Shown piece by piece: positions 37,600 to 47,359 of a DNA stretch of 48,830 nucleotides. The notes under the pieces are model-generated. The model did no database searches. It was not told the origin of the DNA and worked only from the letters and a program-made list of their open reading frames with translations. This stretch comes from Salinibacter sp. (GTDB taxonomy: Bacteria > Bacteroidota > Rhodothermia > Rhodothermales > Salinibacteraceae). Within the stretch, counting starts at the first letter, position 1. Each line of letters starts with the position of its first letter. A program made the translations under genes and the position numbers. Location: the NCBI GenBank assembly GCA_042218975.1, contig JBDGQP010000008.1, positions 1-48,830 of the forward strand, read 5' to 3'.

Positions 37600-38493
37600 C
37601 TAGGTGCCGGCCCGGCGCTCTTCGAAGTAGTTGCGCAGCAGGATGGCCGAGAGGTTCATGGTGAAGAGCAGAATCATAAGCACCACGATTGCGGCGGCCG
37701 CCAGCCCGCGGAATTCATCCTGGGGACGGGCCGTCCAGTTAAAAATCTGAATCGGCAGCGCGGTAAACTGATCCATCGCGCCCCGGGGGAGGAAGGGGAC
37801 AAACGTGAGGGCCCCGATGAGGATGAGAGGAGCGGTCTCCCCGATGGCGCGGCTGAGGGCGAGGATGACGCCGGTAAAGATGCCGGGGGCGGCCATCGGC
37901 AGCACGTGACTGTAGATGACCTGCCAGCGGGTGGCCCCCAGCGCGTAGGCGCTCTCGCGGATGCCGCTCGGAATGCTCCGGAGCGCCTCCTGCGTGCTGA
38001 TGATGATGATGGGCAGGATGAGGAGGCTCAGCGTCAGGGCCCCGGCCAGCAGGCTCCGGCCCAGCGCCGCGAAGCGGACGAAAAGCGCGAGGCCCAGAAT
38101 GCCGTACACCACCGACGGCACGCCGGCGAGGTTGGCGATGTTGACCTGAATGAGCCGCAGGAACCAGCCGTCCTGGGCGTACTCCTCCAGGTACAGGGCC
38201 GAGGCCACGCCGAGCGGCACGGAGATGAGGGCCGTCAGCCCCATCAGCCACAGCGACCCGACGAGCGCCGACACGATGCCGGCCTGCTCGGGCGTGCGGG
38301 ACGGAAAGCTGCGGACGAACTGCCCGTCGAGCCAGGGGGCGGCCGTCGTGGCCACGTCCACGAGCAGCGTCACGAGCACGATGATCCCGAAGATCGTGGC
38401 CAGAAACAGCACGCCGGCCAGGATCATGCCGAGGCGCTTGCGGCGCGTCCGTCGAAGGTCAAACGACCCATTGGGGGAAGGGTCCATGGGCAT
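37600..38493 (-). CDS. pstA: Phosphate ABC transporter permease
   Basis: YLEEY, NLAGVPSVVYG and SRAIGETAPL motifs. Confidence 0.96.
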   Translation of the reverse strand: MPMDPSPNGSFDLRRTRRKRLGMILAGVLFLATIFGIIVLVTLLVDVATTAAPWLDGQFVRSFPSRTPEQAGIVSALVGSLWLMGLTALISVPLGVASALYLEEYAQDGWFLRLIQVNIANLAGVPSVVYGILGLALFVRFAALGRSLLAGALTLSLLILPIIIISTQEALRSIPSGIRESAYALGATRWQVIYSHVLPMAAPGIFTGVILALSRAIGETAPLILIGALTFVPFLPRGAMDQFTALPIQIFNWTARPQDEFRGLAAAAIVVLMILLFTMNLSAILLRNYFEERRAGT

Positions 38494-38601
38494 TCGGGTT
38501 AAGGGTTAGGCGGTTAAAGGTTAGAAGGTTTACGGTTGGATGTTGCTGGAGACGGTGGTTCCCATCCCCTTCAACGCTCAACCTGCCAACCTTCAACCGT
38601 T
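38494..38601. repeat. Inverted 7/8-mer arrays (GGTT units versus AACC units) between pstC and pstA
   Basis: aagggtt aggcggtt aaaggtt agaaggtt tacggtt ggatgtt ... caacgct caacctgc caacctt caaccgt. Confidence 0.8.
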
Positions 38602-39567
38602 TCAGTATTTTTCCTGGTAACGCAGCGTGATGCGGTTGGCGAGGATGTTCATCGCGAGGGTGATGAGGAAGAGCACCAGCCCGACGGCGAAGATGCTCTG
38701 GTAGACGATCGTGCCCTGGGGCGTGTCTCCCTTGCTCACCTGCACGATGAAGGCGGTCATGGTCTGGATGCTCTGCAGCGGGTTGAGCGTGGTCTTGGCC
38801 GTGGCCCCCGCCGCGAGGGTGACGATCATCGTCTCCCCGATCGCCCGGCTCACGCCCAGGATGAAGCTGGCCATGATGCCGCTGAAGGCGGCGGGCACGT
38901 TTACGCGGAGCACGGTCTCGAATTTCGTGGCGCCGAGCGCGTAGGCGGCCTCCTCCAGGCTGTCGGGCACGGCCTGCAGGGCGTCCTCGCTCAGGGAGGC
39001 CACCATTGGGATGATCATGATGCCGACGACGATCCCGGCGCTGAGGGCGTTGTAGACGCCCAGGCCCGGGATGACGGCCTGCAGCAGCGGCGTCACGAAG
39101 GTGAGCGCGAAGTAGCCGTACACGACCGTCGGCACCCCGGCCAGCAGCTCGAGGCCCGGCTTGAGGGTCTTGCGCACCCACTCGGAGGCGTACTCCGAGA
39201 TGAAGATGGCGCTGGCCAGCCCGATGGGAAGCGCCACTACGGCCGAGATGACCGTCACCAGCACTGTGCCGCTCAGCAGTGCCCAGATGCCGAAGTGCTT
39301 GTTGGCGAACTGGGGGGTCCAGCGCGTGTCGCCGAAAAACTCCGTGAGGGCGACCGTCTGAAAGAAGGGGATCGACTCGAGGACCAGCACCGCCGCGATG
39401 CCGAGCGTCGTGAGCACGCTCACCAGCGCGCACGCCCCGAGGGCGTACTTGATGGCCCGCTCCTTGGGGCTGTTGTAGACCTGTTGCCGCAGGTCGTCGG
39501 CCGGGCGGGACGCCGGCGGTCGCTCCTCCGTGTCGGCGGCGGGGGCCGGCGGGGACTCCGTGCTCAT
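38602..39567 (-). CDS. pstC: Phosphate ABC transporter permease
   Basis: [12 protein letters not shown] and [10 protein letters not shown] motifs. Confidence 0.96.
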   Translation of the reverse strand: MSTESPPAPAADTEERPPASRPADDLRQQVYNSPKERAIKYALGACALVSVLTTLGIAAVLVLESIPFFQTVALTEFFGDTRWTPQFANKHFGIWALLSGTVLVTVISAVVALPIGLASAIFISEYASEWVRKTLKPGLELLAGVPTVVYGYFALTFVTPLLQAVIPGLGVYNALSAGIVVGIMIIPMVASLSEDALQAVPDSLEEAAYALGATKFETVLRVNVPAAFSGIMASFILGVSRAIGETMIVTLAAGATAKTTLNPLQSIQTMTAFIVQVSKGDTPQGTIVYQSIFAVGLVLFLITLAMNILANRITLRYQEKY

Positions 39568-39609
39568 GGGCGGGGCGCGGGGCGGTGCGAGGGGCGGCGG
39601 ATGGGCACG

Positions 39610-40689
39610 TTACCGGGCGGTCGTGTCGGGCGTGGCGGTGGTGGTGTCCATCGCCGAGCGGAGGATCTCCTCGACCCGGGTGCCGGTCACGTCGACGCCC
39701 TCGGCGCCGAAGACGGTGCCGGTCGTGCGGTTCTCGAAGCGCTGGAGGGCCAGGTCGTAGGCGTCCTTCGGCATGCCCACGTAGCCGACGTCCGCGGCGA
39801 GTTCGCCCGCGTTCCGGAGGTAGAACCGCACGAACGACGCGACGGTCGGGGTCACCTTCGCCGGGTTCACGTAGATGAAGAGGGGCCGGGAGAGGGGGCG
39901 GTACGTGCCGTTCCGTACCGTCTCGGCGCTGGGGGTTACGCAGGACGCGCCGCCGTCCATGCTGTCGGGGTCGACGGCGAGCGCCTTGAGGTCCTGCGCG
40001 TTGTTTTCGTAGTAGGCGAGCCCGAAGTATCCGAGCGACGTCTCCGTTCCCGAGATCCCCTGGGCGAGAACGTTGTCGTCCTCACTGGCCGTAAAGTCGG
40101 AGCGGCTGGCGCCGCTCTCCCCCACGATCGCCTCGGTAAAGTAGTCGTACGTGCCGCTGGCCGTGCCCGGGCCGTACAGGTCGATCGGACGATCCGGAAA
40201 TCCGCTGCGGAGCTGGTTCCAGCGGTCGATCGAGCTGCCCGGCTCCCAGAGCCGCTCGAGTTCCTGGGCCGAGATGCAGTCAATCCAGTCGTTGCTCGGG
40301 TGGACGACCACGCTGAGTCCGTCGTAGGCCACCGGAAGCTCAATGTACTCGATGCCGTTGGCCTCGGCCTTCTCGATCTCCTCGGGGGAGATGGGCCGGG
40401 AGGCGTCGTTGATGGCGGTCACGCCCCGCAGGAACTTCGCGAACCCGCCGCCGGTGCCGCTTACGCCGACGTTGACACGGGCGCTGGAATTCTCTTCCAT
40501 AAACTCCTCGGCAACCGCCTCGGTGAGGGGAAAGACCGTGCTGGAGCCGTCGATGCTCACCGAGTTGACCGAGCCGCCGCCGCACCCGGCAAGCGCTAGG
40601 GCAAGCACCGACGCGAGGGCGACACCGATCCACCCCGACAGACGAAGGGGGATCACATCCACCGGAGAGACGGAAGGGAGCATGGACAT
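39610..40689 (-). CDS. pstS: Phosphate-binding lipoprotein
   Basis: Lipobox LAGC; IDGSSTVFP, SGTGGGF, SGTYDYF and YRPLSRPLFIY motifs. Confidence 0.96.
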   Translation of the reverse strand: MSMLPSVSPVDVIPLRLSGWIGVALASVLALALAGCGGGSVNSVSIDGSSTVFPLTEAVAEEFMEENSSARVNVGVSGTGGGFAKFLRGVTAINDASRPISPEEIEKAEANGIEYIELPVAYDGLSVVVHPSNDWIDCISAQELERLWEPGSSIDRWNQLRSGFPDRPIDLYGPGTASGTYDYFTEAIVGESGASRSDFTASEDDNVLAQGISGTETSLGYFGLAYYENNAQDLKALAVDPDSMDGGASCVTPSAETVRNGTYRPLSRPLFIYVNPAKVTPTVASFVRFYLRNAGELAADVGYVGMPKDAYDLALQRFENRTTGTVFGAEGVDVTGTRVEEILRSAMDTTTATPDTTAR

Positions 40690-40871
40690 TGCGGAACCTC
40701 AAACAGTGGCGGGAGTCGTCGCGGAGAGGCTGAATCTTAACGCTTACGTCGAACAAGGGAAACCGCTTTCCGGCAATTGCATCTTCGGGGCCGCGCCGTT
40801 GTCCCCCAGAAGTCTGTCAGTTCTCGCACGCAGGCTCGCTTTCCCTCGGGCCCCCCTGACGCCGGCCCGCG

Positions 40872-41594
40872 CTACTCCTTCATGCGGTAGCCGACCCCCT
40901 TTACGGTTTCGATGTACTCGCTTCCGATTTTCTGCCGGATCTTCCGCACGTGAACGTCCACCGTCCGGTCCACAACGTAGACGTCGCGCCCCCACACCTC
41001 ATCGAGAATCTCCTGGCGGGAGAACACCTTCCCGGGATGGGAGGCCAGGAAGTAGAGGAGCTCAAACTCCTTCCGGGGCATCCGGAGCTCGTCCTCCTCT
41101 TCGTCCTCGCCCTCCCCGTTTTTCTGGTACACCAGGTAGCGGTCGCGGTCGATGCGCAGATTGTGTACCTTGATCTGGTCCGGCGGGTCGGCGTGGCGCC
41201 GGGCACTGCGGAGGAGGGCCTTCGTCTGACTCACGATGACGGAGACCGAGACAGGCTTGCCGAGGTAGATGTCGGCCCCCACATCGAGGCCCTCCACCTT
41301 GTCCTCTTCCTCGGTCCGCGCGGTGAGCATCATGATGGGGATGGTGCGGAGGTGGGCGTCCTTGCGCAGGCGCTCACACACCTCGATGCCGTCCATCTTC
41401 GGCATCATGACGTCGAGGACGATGAGGTCCGGCTCGTGCGCCCGGGTCTGCTCGATGGCCTCCACGCCGTCTCGCGCCAGCACGACTTCGAAGCCCTCCT
41501 GCTCGAGGTTGTACTCCAGCAGGCTGAGCAGGTCCTCCTCGTCGTCCACGACGAGGACCGTCGGTCCTGTCTCCCCGAGTTCTGGTGGACTCAT
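40872..41594 (-). CDS. phoB: OmpR/PhoB-family response regulator
   Basis: VVDDE, LDVMMP, MLTA and wHTH RTVDVHVRKIR...TVKGVGY; directly upstream of pstS. Confidence 0.85.
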   Translation of the reverse strand: MSPPELGETGPTVLVVDDEEDLLSLLEYNLEQEGFEVVLARDGVEAIEQTRAHEPDLIVLDVMMPKMDGIEVCERLRKDAHLRTIPIMMLTARTEEEDKVEGLDVGADIYLGKPVSVSVIVSQTKALLRSARRHADPPDQIKVHNLRIDRDRYLVYQKNGEGEDEEEDELRMPRKEFELLYFLASHPGKVFSRQEILDEVWGRDVYVVDRTVDVHVRKIRQKIGSEYIETVKGVGYRMKE

Positions 41595-41765
41595 AACGCT
41601 AGCGGTTGGTGCCGGAAAACACGTATCTCACAGTTCTACCCTGCGCCCTCGCCGGCTGTTGTTATCGAACCATTATCATCGGTCCACTCGGCGCGAAATC
41701 GGCGGATCTTCGTCCCGAATTTGTCGGCGGCGGCCGGGCCGCGCGGCTGGGGGACATCCGCGGGC

Positions 41766-41801
41766 TGCGTCCGGCGGTCGGGATGCGTCCGGCGGTCGGG
41801 A
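41766..41801. repeat. 18-bp perfect tandem duplication
   Basis: TGCGTCCGGCGGTCGGGA occurs twice in a row. Confidence 0.9.
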
Positions 41802-41922
41802 CAGGACGCGCGCCTTCTTTCATTCGACGCGTCTTATCCCTTTCTTTACATCTTCGGGGGAATCGCGTCGCCTCTCCGGCCCGGGCCACCCCCTCGGCTT
41901 CTCGCTCCCGACCGCCACTGCG

Positions 41923-44106
41923 ATGCGTTCATTCTGGTACAACGTGCTTCGTGGGGCCGTCCTGTTCCTTCTCGTCGGTGTAGGCGCGGCAGGCTGCTCG
42001 TCGGACGCGCCGTCCGGGGCGTCGGCGGATGAGGAGGACACGACGGCGACGCAGGGAGCCTCGGGGGGCGCATCGCCCGCCGGGCACCGGGCGGCCGTGT
42101 CGGTCCCGGACTCGGCCCGCTACGTCGGGGACGCGCCCTGCGCGTCGTGCCACCCCGACGTCGCCGCGTCCTACCAGAAGACCGGGCACGCCCAGTCGGT
42201 GTCCGCTTTCGACCCGAGCACGGCCCCGGAGTCGTTCGCGGGTGACCCGGCGGTCCACCACGAGAAAAGCACCCTTACCTACGAGCCGTTCGTGCGGGGC
42301 AGTGCCCTCTACCAGCGAGAGGTCCGGCGCGGGCCCGAGGGGGACACGGTGCACCAGCGCGTCCATCGGGTCGATCTCGTCATCGGGTCGGGCAACGCCA
42401 CCCGCTCCTACATGATGGCGGTAAACGGCTACTACACCGAGATGCCGCTCACCTGGTACGCCGACCAGCAGACGTGGGACATGAGCCCCGGATACGAGGA
42501 GGAGAACGGCCGGTTTGGCCGGCCCATCAACCGCGAGTGCATGACGTGCCACACGGGTCGCCCGGAGCGGTCCCGGTTCACGCAGAATCACTACCCCGAG
42601 GTGCCGGGGCCCATCACCTGCGAGCGCTGCCACGGGCCGGGCGAGACCCACGTCCAGCGCCAGCGCGCACGACAGTCGGGACCGGCGACGGACTCGTCGA
42701 CGGCGGACGAGCGCCTCGCAATCGTGACGCCGACCGACCTGCCCCGCGAGGAGCAGTTGTCGGTCTGCCAGCAGTGCCACCTCGCGGGCGTCACCGTGTT
42801 CAAGCCCGGCGAAACCCCGAGTACCTTCCGGCCGGGCGAGCCCCTGCGCGCCAACCGGACGGTCTACGTGCCCAAGAAGCAGCTGGAAACCCCGAACTGG
42901 GTGGGCATCGACTCCCACCCCATCCGGCTGGCGCGCAGCGCCTGCTTCAAGAACAGCGACATGACGTGTGCCACCTGCCACGACGCCCACGAGCCCGCCT
43001 CCGCCACGACGACAGCGGAGTACAACACCACCTGCAAGTCGTGCCACGGCGGCGAGCGGTCCGCCGAGCCGGTGTGCGCCCGGCCCGGGACCTCCTCGGG
43101 GCGCCCGGTGTCCCGCAAGAAGGCCATGACCGGCAACTGCGTCGACTGTCATATGCAGAAGGGCGGCACGAGCAACGTGCCCCACGTCACGTTCACCGAC
43201 CACTGGATCCGGCGGCGGCCCGAGCCCCGCGACTCCTCGAGCCGCGTCTCGGCGCTCAGCAGCGACGCGCCCCTCGACCTGGTGCCGCTGCGCCGCATGG
43301 TGGCCCTCGACGGGTCGAACCCGCCCCCGGGGGGACGGGCCGACATCGAGGCCACCATCGCCTACTTCCGCTTCTACGAGCGCATGCACCGCCACCCGGA
43401 GTACATCGATCGGGCCATTGCCCGCGGCCGGAAGAGCCGGTTCCCCGCCGGCGACGCCGACGGACGGATCGCGCTGGCCCGGGCCCTGGCCGAGACCGAC
43501 TCCGTGGGGGCGGCCGCCGCGGTGATGCGCACGGCCGTCCGGTCGACCGACGACGCGTGGGCCCACTACTGGTACGGCGCGATGAACGAGGAGCGGGGCC
43601 GGACCCGGGCCGCCATCGCGTCCTACCGCAAGGCCCTCCGTCTCCAGCCCCGCATGCTGGAGGCACAGGTCCAGCTCGCCGGCGCCCTCTTCCGGGCCGG
43701 ACGGCTCGGGGCCGCCGAGGCGCAGCTGCGGACCGTCGTCGACTACAACCCCGTCTACTCCGCGCGGTCCTGGTTCAACCTCGGCGTGATCCGGCTCAAG
43801 GACGGCCGGCCGGCGTCGGCCCGAGACGCTTTCGCCGAGGCCATTCGGGTCGACCCCGACCTGGTGCAGGGGCACATGCAGCTCGGGCGCCTCGCGTCCA
43901 AGAACAACCGGTACACGGCGGCCGTCGACCATTTCCGTCGGGCCCTCGCGGTCGACTCGACGCACGCGAAGGCGTACGGGAGCCTCGGGATCGTTTACCT
44001 GCAGACGAACCGGCCCGCCCAGGCCCGCCGCATGTTTCGGAAGGTGCTGGAACTCGACCCCAACAACCGGGCCGCCCGCCGCATCCTCCGGAAGCTCTCA
44101 CGCTGA
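41923..44106 (+). CDS. Multiheme cytochrome c (7 CxxCH) lipoprotein with C-terminal TPR repeats
   Basis: Lipobox AAGC; CASCH, CMTCH, CERCH, CQQCH, CATCH, CKSCH and CVDCH; TPR-like helices at the C-terminus. Confidence 0.9.
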   Translation: MRSFWYNVLRGAVLFLLVGVGAAGCSSDAPSGASADEEDTTATQGASGGASPAGHRAAVSVPDSARYVGDAPCASCHPDVAASYQKTGHAQSVSAFDPSTAPESFAGDPAVHHEKSTLTYEPFVRGSALYQREVRRGPEGDTVHQRVHRVDLVIGSGNATRSYMMAVNGYYTEMPLTWYADQQTWDMSPGYEEENGRFGRPINRECMTCHTGRPERSRFTQNHYPEVPGPITCERCHGPGETHVQRQRARQSGPATDSSTADERLAIVTPTDLPREEQLSVCQQCHLAGVTVFKPGETPSTFRPGEPLRANRTVYVPKKQLETPNWVGIDSHPIRLARSACFKNSDMTCATCHDAHEPASATTTAEYNTTCKSCHGGERSAEPVCARPGTSSGRPVSRKKAMTGNCVDCHMQKGGTSNVPHVTFTDHWIRRRPEPRDSSSRVSALSSDAPLDLVPLRRMVALDGSNPPPGGRADIEATIAYFRFYERMHRHPEYIDRAIARGRKSRFPAGDADGRIALARALAETDSVGAAAAVMRTAVRSTDDAWAHYWYGAMNEERGRTRAAIASYRKALRLQPRMLEAQVQLAGALFRAGRLGAAEAQLRTVVDYNPVYSARSWFNLGVIRLKDGRPASARDAFAEAIRVDPDLVQGHMQLGRLASKNNRYTAAVDHFRRALAVDSTHAKAYGSLGIVYLQTNRPAQARRMFRKVLELDPNNRAARRILRKLSR

Positions 44107-44222
44107 GCGCGATCGGTCCCTCCGCTTGCGATGCATGGTCTGTGTGAGACGTCCGACCGGGCGGAAGCCGAACGCGCAGGGCCCGGTGAAGCACGCTATT
44201 TCCGAACAGAACCCCAAGGCGC

Positions 44223-46229
44223 ATGACGCAGGCCTCCGAATGTCCCCCATGCATCCCGCTCGTTCTCGTCCTGGTCCTGCTTCCGCTCGGCCTCCTCGCC
44301 TGCGCCTCCGGCGGCGACCCCTCCGGGGGCGCCGCACCGCGTCTGGAGGGGGACGCTGTTGCGGGCCCCCTCGTTCTCGTCACGTCGAACGGCGCGTGGT
44401 GCTGGTACCAAAACGAACGGGTACTCGTCGACACGGCGGCGGGCAAACTCTATCTCGGCTCCGTCGCACACGGAAACGGTGTCGGCGGCGCCGCACGCAA
44501 CGGCGACGTCGACATCAGCAGCTTCGATCTGCGGACCGGAGCACGCCGGCACGCAACCCTCGAAGACAGCCTCCTCGCCCCCAACGACCGGGGGGACGAC
44601 CACATGACCCCGGCTCTCTGGCAGCGTCCGGACGGTCGGATTTTCGCAATGTACGCCGGCCACAACAACGATTTCCGGAGCCGATACCGCCGGTCCCGTG
44701 CACCCCACGACATTACAGAGTGGGAACCGAAACGGACGTTCGACTGGAACGAGCGGATCCCGGGGGGCAGTGACATGCCGGTCACCTACTCCAACCTCCT
44801 CTACCTATCCGAGGAAGACCGGCTGTACAACTTTGCCCGGACGGACAACCGCAGCCCCAACGTCATGGTCTCCGACGACGGCGGGCAGACCTGGACGTAC
44901 GGCGGCAAGCTGACGTACACGGAGGAGGAGGTCGGTTATGTCAACGGCTATTTCACGTACGCGACCAACGGCGTCGACCGGATCCACTTCGTCGCCACCG
45001 AGCACCACCCCCGCGACTACAGCAACAGCATCTACCACGGGTACGTCGAGGACAGCGCGAGCTACGCCTCCGACGGGACGCTCGTCGACGCGAACATCTT
45101 CGACCAGGATGCGCCCCCGCCCGACGCCTTCACGGAGGTGTTCGGGGCCGGGACGGTCGTCGCGGGCGACACGATGACCCACGGCTGGACGATCGACCTT
45201 CACCTGGGCCCGGACGGACGCCCCTACACGGTCTTCCAGACCCGCGCCAACGGCTCGACCCGCGACCACCGCTTCTTCTACGCCCGGTACGACGGCACCG
45301 AGTGGCGGGCCTACCACCTCGGACAGGCCGGGCCCGGACTGGACGATCGGGAGCAGGACTACACCGGACTGATCGCCCTCGACCCGAACGCGCTGAACAC
45401 CGTCTACGCCTCGATGCCCATCCACCCTCGCACCGGAGACTCGCTGGGCACGCGCGAGATCTTCCGGGGCGTGACCCCCGACCAGGGGACGACCTGGACG
45501 TGGACGGCCCTCACCAAACACTCCGAGGCCCAGAACCTACGGCCGGTGGTCCCGGACTGGGACACCAGCCGTACGGCTGTCTTCTGGTACCGTGGGCGCT
45601 ACCAATGGCAGCACGACTACGACGCCGCCCTCGTCGGGCTCATCGACCGCCCCGGCGTTCGGCGCGGCCCCGTCCGCTACCGCGACGCCGCGCCGCGCAA
45701 CACGCGCCTCGCCGGGGGCGGGGCGCCGCGGCTCACCGGTCCCACCTCCGAGCCCGGCCCGAGCGACGGCCGCTGGCACGAGCGGTCCGGCCCCGGCAAT
45801 GGGGGCAGGGTCCTGACGGCCGGGGAGCAGGGGGCGGAGGATGCCCCCACCCTGCGGACCACGGTCGCTCCTCCCCGGCCCGGCACCTACGACGTCTGGG
45901 CATACTTCTGGGCCGACCCGAGCGCGGACTGGCGCCTGCAGGCGGGCCTCGCCGGGCACGATCCGGTGCTCGCCCGCCAGATCAGCGCCCAGCGCGTGGC
46001 GCCGGGGGCGGTGAAGGGCGCCGTCGTCGAGGGAGCGGACAGCACCTTCCTCTACCAGACGTACGTGGGGCGGGCGACGGTGCGGCAGGCCGGCGACTCG
46101 ATTGCCGTCCACGTCGACGACCATGCCCCGGTCGCAGGCAGGGCCGGCGCGGTCGGGGCCCACCGCACCTGGTACGACGGCCTCGGTATCGCCCGCGTCC
46201 GACGGAGCTCGACGCCATCCCTCGACTGA
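44223..46229 (+). CDS. BNR-4/Asp-box repeat lipoprotein
   Basis: Lipobox LLAC; NGAWCWYQ, DDHMTP, SDDGGQTW and TPDQGTTW motifs. Confidence 0.8.
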   Translation: MTQASECPPCIPLVLVLVLLPLGLLACASGGDPSGGAAPRLEGDAVAGPLVLVTSNGAWCWYQNERVLVDTAAGKLYLGSVAHGNGVGGAARNGDVDISSFDLRTGARRHATLEDSLLAPNDRGDDHMTPALWQRPDGRIFAMYAGHNNDFRSRYRRSRAPHDITEWEPKRTFDWNERIPGGSDMPVTYSNLLYLSEEDRLYNFARTDNRSPNVMVSDDGGQTWTYGGKLTYTEEEVGYVNGYFTYATNGVDRIHFVATEHHPRDYSNSIYHGYVEDSASYASDGTLVDANIFDQDAPPPDAFTEVFGAGTVVAGDTMTHGWTIDLHLGPDGRPYTVFQTRANGSTRDHRFFYARYDGTEWRAYHLGQAGPGLDDREQDYTGLIALDPNALNTVYASMPIHPRTGDSLGTREIFRGVTPDQGTTWTWTALTKHSEAQNLRPVVPDWDTSRTAVFWYRGRYQWQHDYDAALVGLIDRPGVRRGPVRYRDAAPRNTRLAGGGAPRLTGPTSEPGPSDGRWHERSGPGNGGRVLTAGEQGAEDAPTLRTTVAPPRPGTYDVWAYFWADPSADWRLQAGLAGHDPVLARQISAQRVAPGAVKGAVVEGADSTFLYQTYVGRATVRQAGDSIAVHVDDHAPVAGRAGAVGAHRTWYDGLGIARVRRSSTPSLD

Positions 46230-46449
46230 ACGGGGCCCTCCCCCTGTGCCAGCGTTCGGCCCGCCCCGGGCAGACCGCTTCCTGACGGACGCGCGTGTCC
46301 TCCTCCGCGGTGGCGTGGGCCGACGAGCGAGGGGGGACAACGTACACCACCCCCTCCGGCCTCGACGGCCGAAGGGGGCGGATGACCGGGAACGCGGGGC
46401 GCCCGGGCCGGGCCCGCTTCTGGGGCGTCCGGCCGCTCCCCGACGCGTG

Positions 46450-46890
46450 CTAGGGCATCGTCGCGGTGCGGTCGGCCGCGTGCTGGGCAAGAGCGTTCTT
46501 CGTCACCCTCGTGACCCGATCCGAATTGAGGGCGTCGACCTGCGCCTGCAGGCCCCGCATCGCCGGATCGGTGCCGATGGAGTAGAGGGCCGAGACCGCC
46601 ATGATGCGGAGCGGCTCGGTCCGTCCGTTTGCCACGAGGTACTGCAGCGGCGTCACCATGAGGCGATGGAAGTCCTCGCCGTACTGGTCGGTGTGCGCGT
46701 AGTGGCCGATGAGGCGCACGGCCCGTTCCTGCTTCTCGAGCGAACCGGAGTTTAGAAGACGGAGGACCTCCGCCTTCGCGGCGGCCTCCTCCGGGGTGTC
46801 GCTCGTGTCGGCGGGAACGGCGGCGGCGCTCATCGGAAGGAGCGCGCATGCCAGGACGAGGGCCGAGAACGTACGCTGAAGTCGAGCCAT
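46450..46890 (-). CDS. Secreted hypothetical helical (HEAT-like) protein
   Basis: Signal peptide MARLQRTFSALVLACALLPMSAAA; LRIMAVSALYSIG is HEAT-like. Confidence 0.65.
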   Translation of the reverse strand: MARLQRTFSALVLACALLPMSAAAVPADTSDTPEEAAAKAEVLRLLNSGSLEKQERAVRLIGHYAHTDQYGEDFHRLMVTPLQYLVANGRTEPLRIMAVSALYSIGTDPAMRGLQAQVDALNSDRVTRVTKNALAQHAADRTATMP

Positions 46891-47077
46891 GATCGGGGTT
46901 GAGTTGTATGGAAAAAGGCGTGTAAACGCAACGGCGAGCGAGGGCGCCGACGACCGGCGGGACAGCGGACGCTGCCCAACCCCACCCGATGCTTCGTTCC
47001 GCCCTACGAGCGGCCCCCGGAGATGTGGCAGAATTCTGTCGGGAAAACGTGCATTTCCTATATGTAGAATTTGAAGG

Positions 47078-47105
47078 AAGCGATTCCACAAACCCGGAAT
47101 CGCTT
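47078..47105. promoter_or_regulatory. 10-bp inverted repeat (candidate operator) in an AT-rich divergent promoter region
   Basis: AAGCGATTCC-acaaaccc-GGAATCGCTT. Confidence 0.45.
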
Positions 47106-47359
47106 TTGGTAACATTCCCATCAAACGACGCTCAGAGCCGATTTCTAGGAAAAGCGCTTTCGGAAAGTCCTTAGTTAGTGCATTTATTTGTGACAAAATA
47201 TGTGTCGCACGTTCGGACGAAGGCCCGGGGGGGGAAGAGAGTGTAGCGCTTCGGTGAAATCCGGGGTACGCCCCTGGGAAGGGCGGACGGCGGCGAATCT
47301 CTCGCGGTCGGGTGCCGTGCAGGAGGGCCCGCACTGTTCATGCCGACCGGCCGCGCCCC

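Noticed and set aside
38494-38601. The repeats as Pho boxes or a CRISPR array
   Set aside because: The period is 7/8 nt rather than 11, there are no spacers, and no cas genes are present.
47225-47352. Cobalamin- or FMN-riboswitch-like words (CGGTGAAATCCG, CTGGGAAG, CCCGCACTGT) upstream of the MATE gene
   Set aside because: The elements are in non-canonical order and I could not build the core helices. An Rfam/Infernal scan would settle it.
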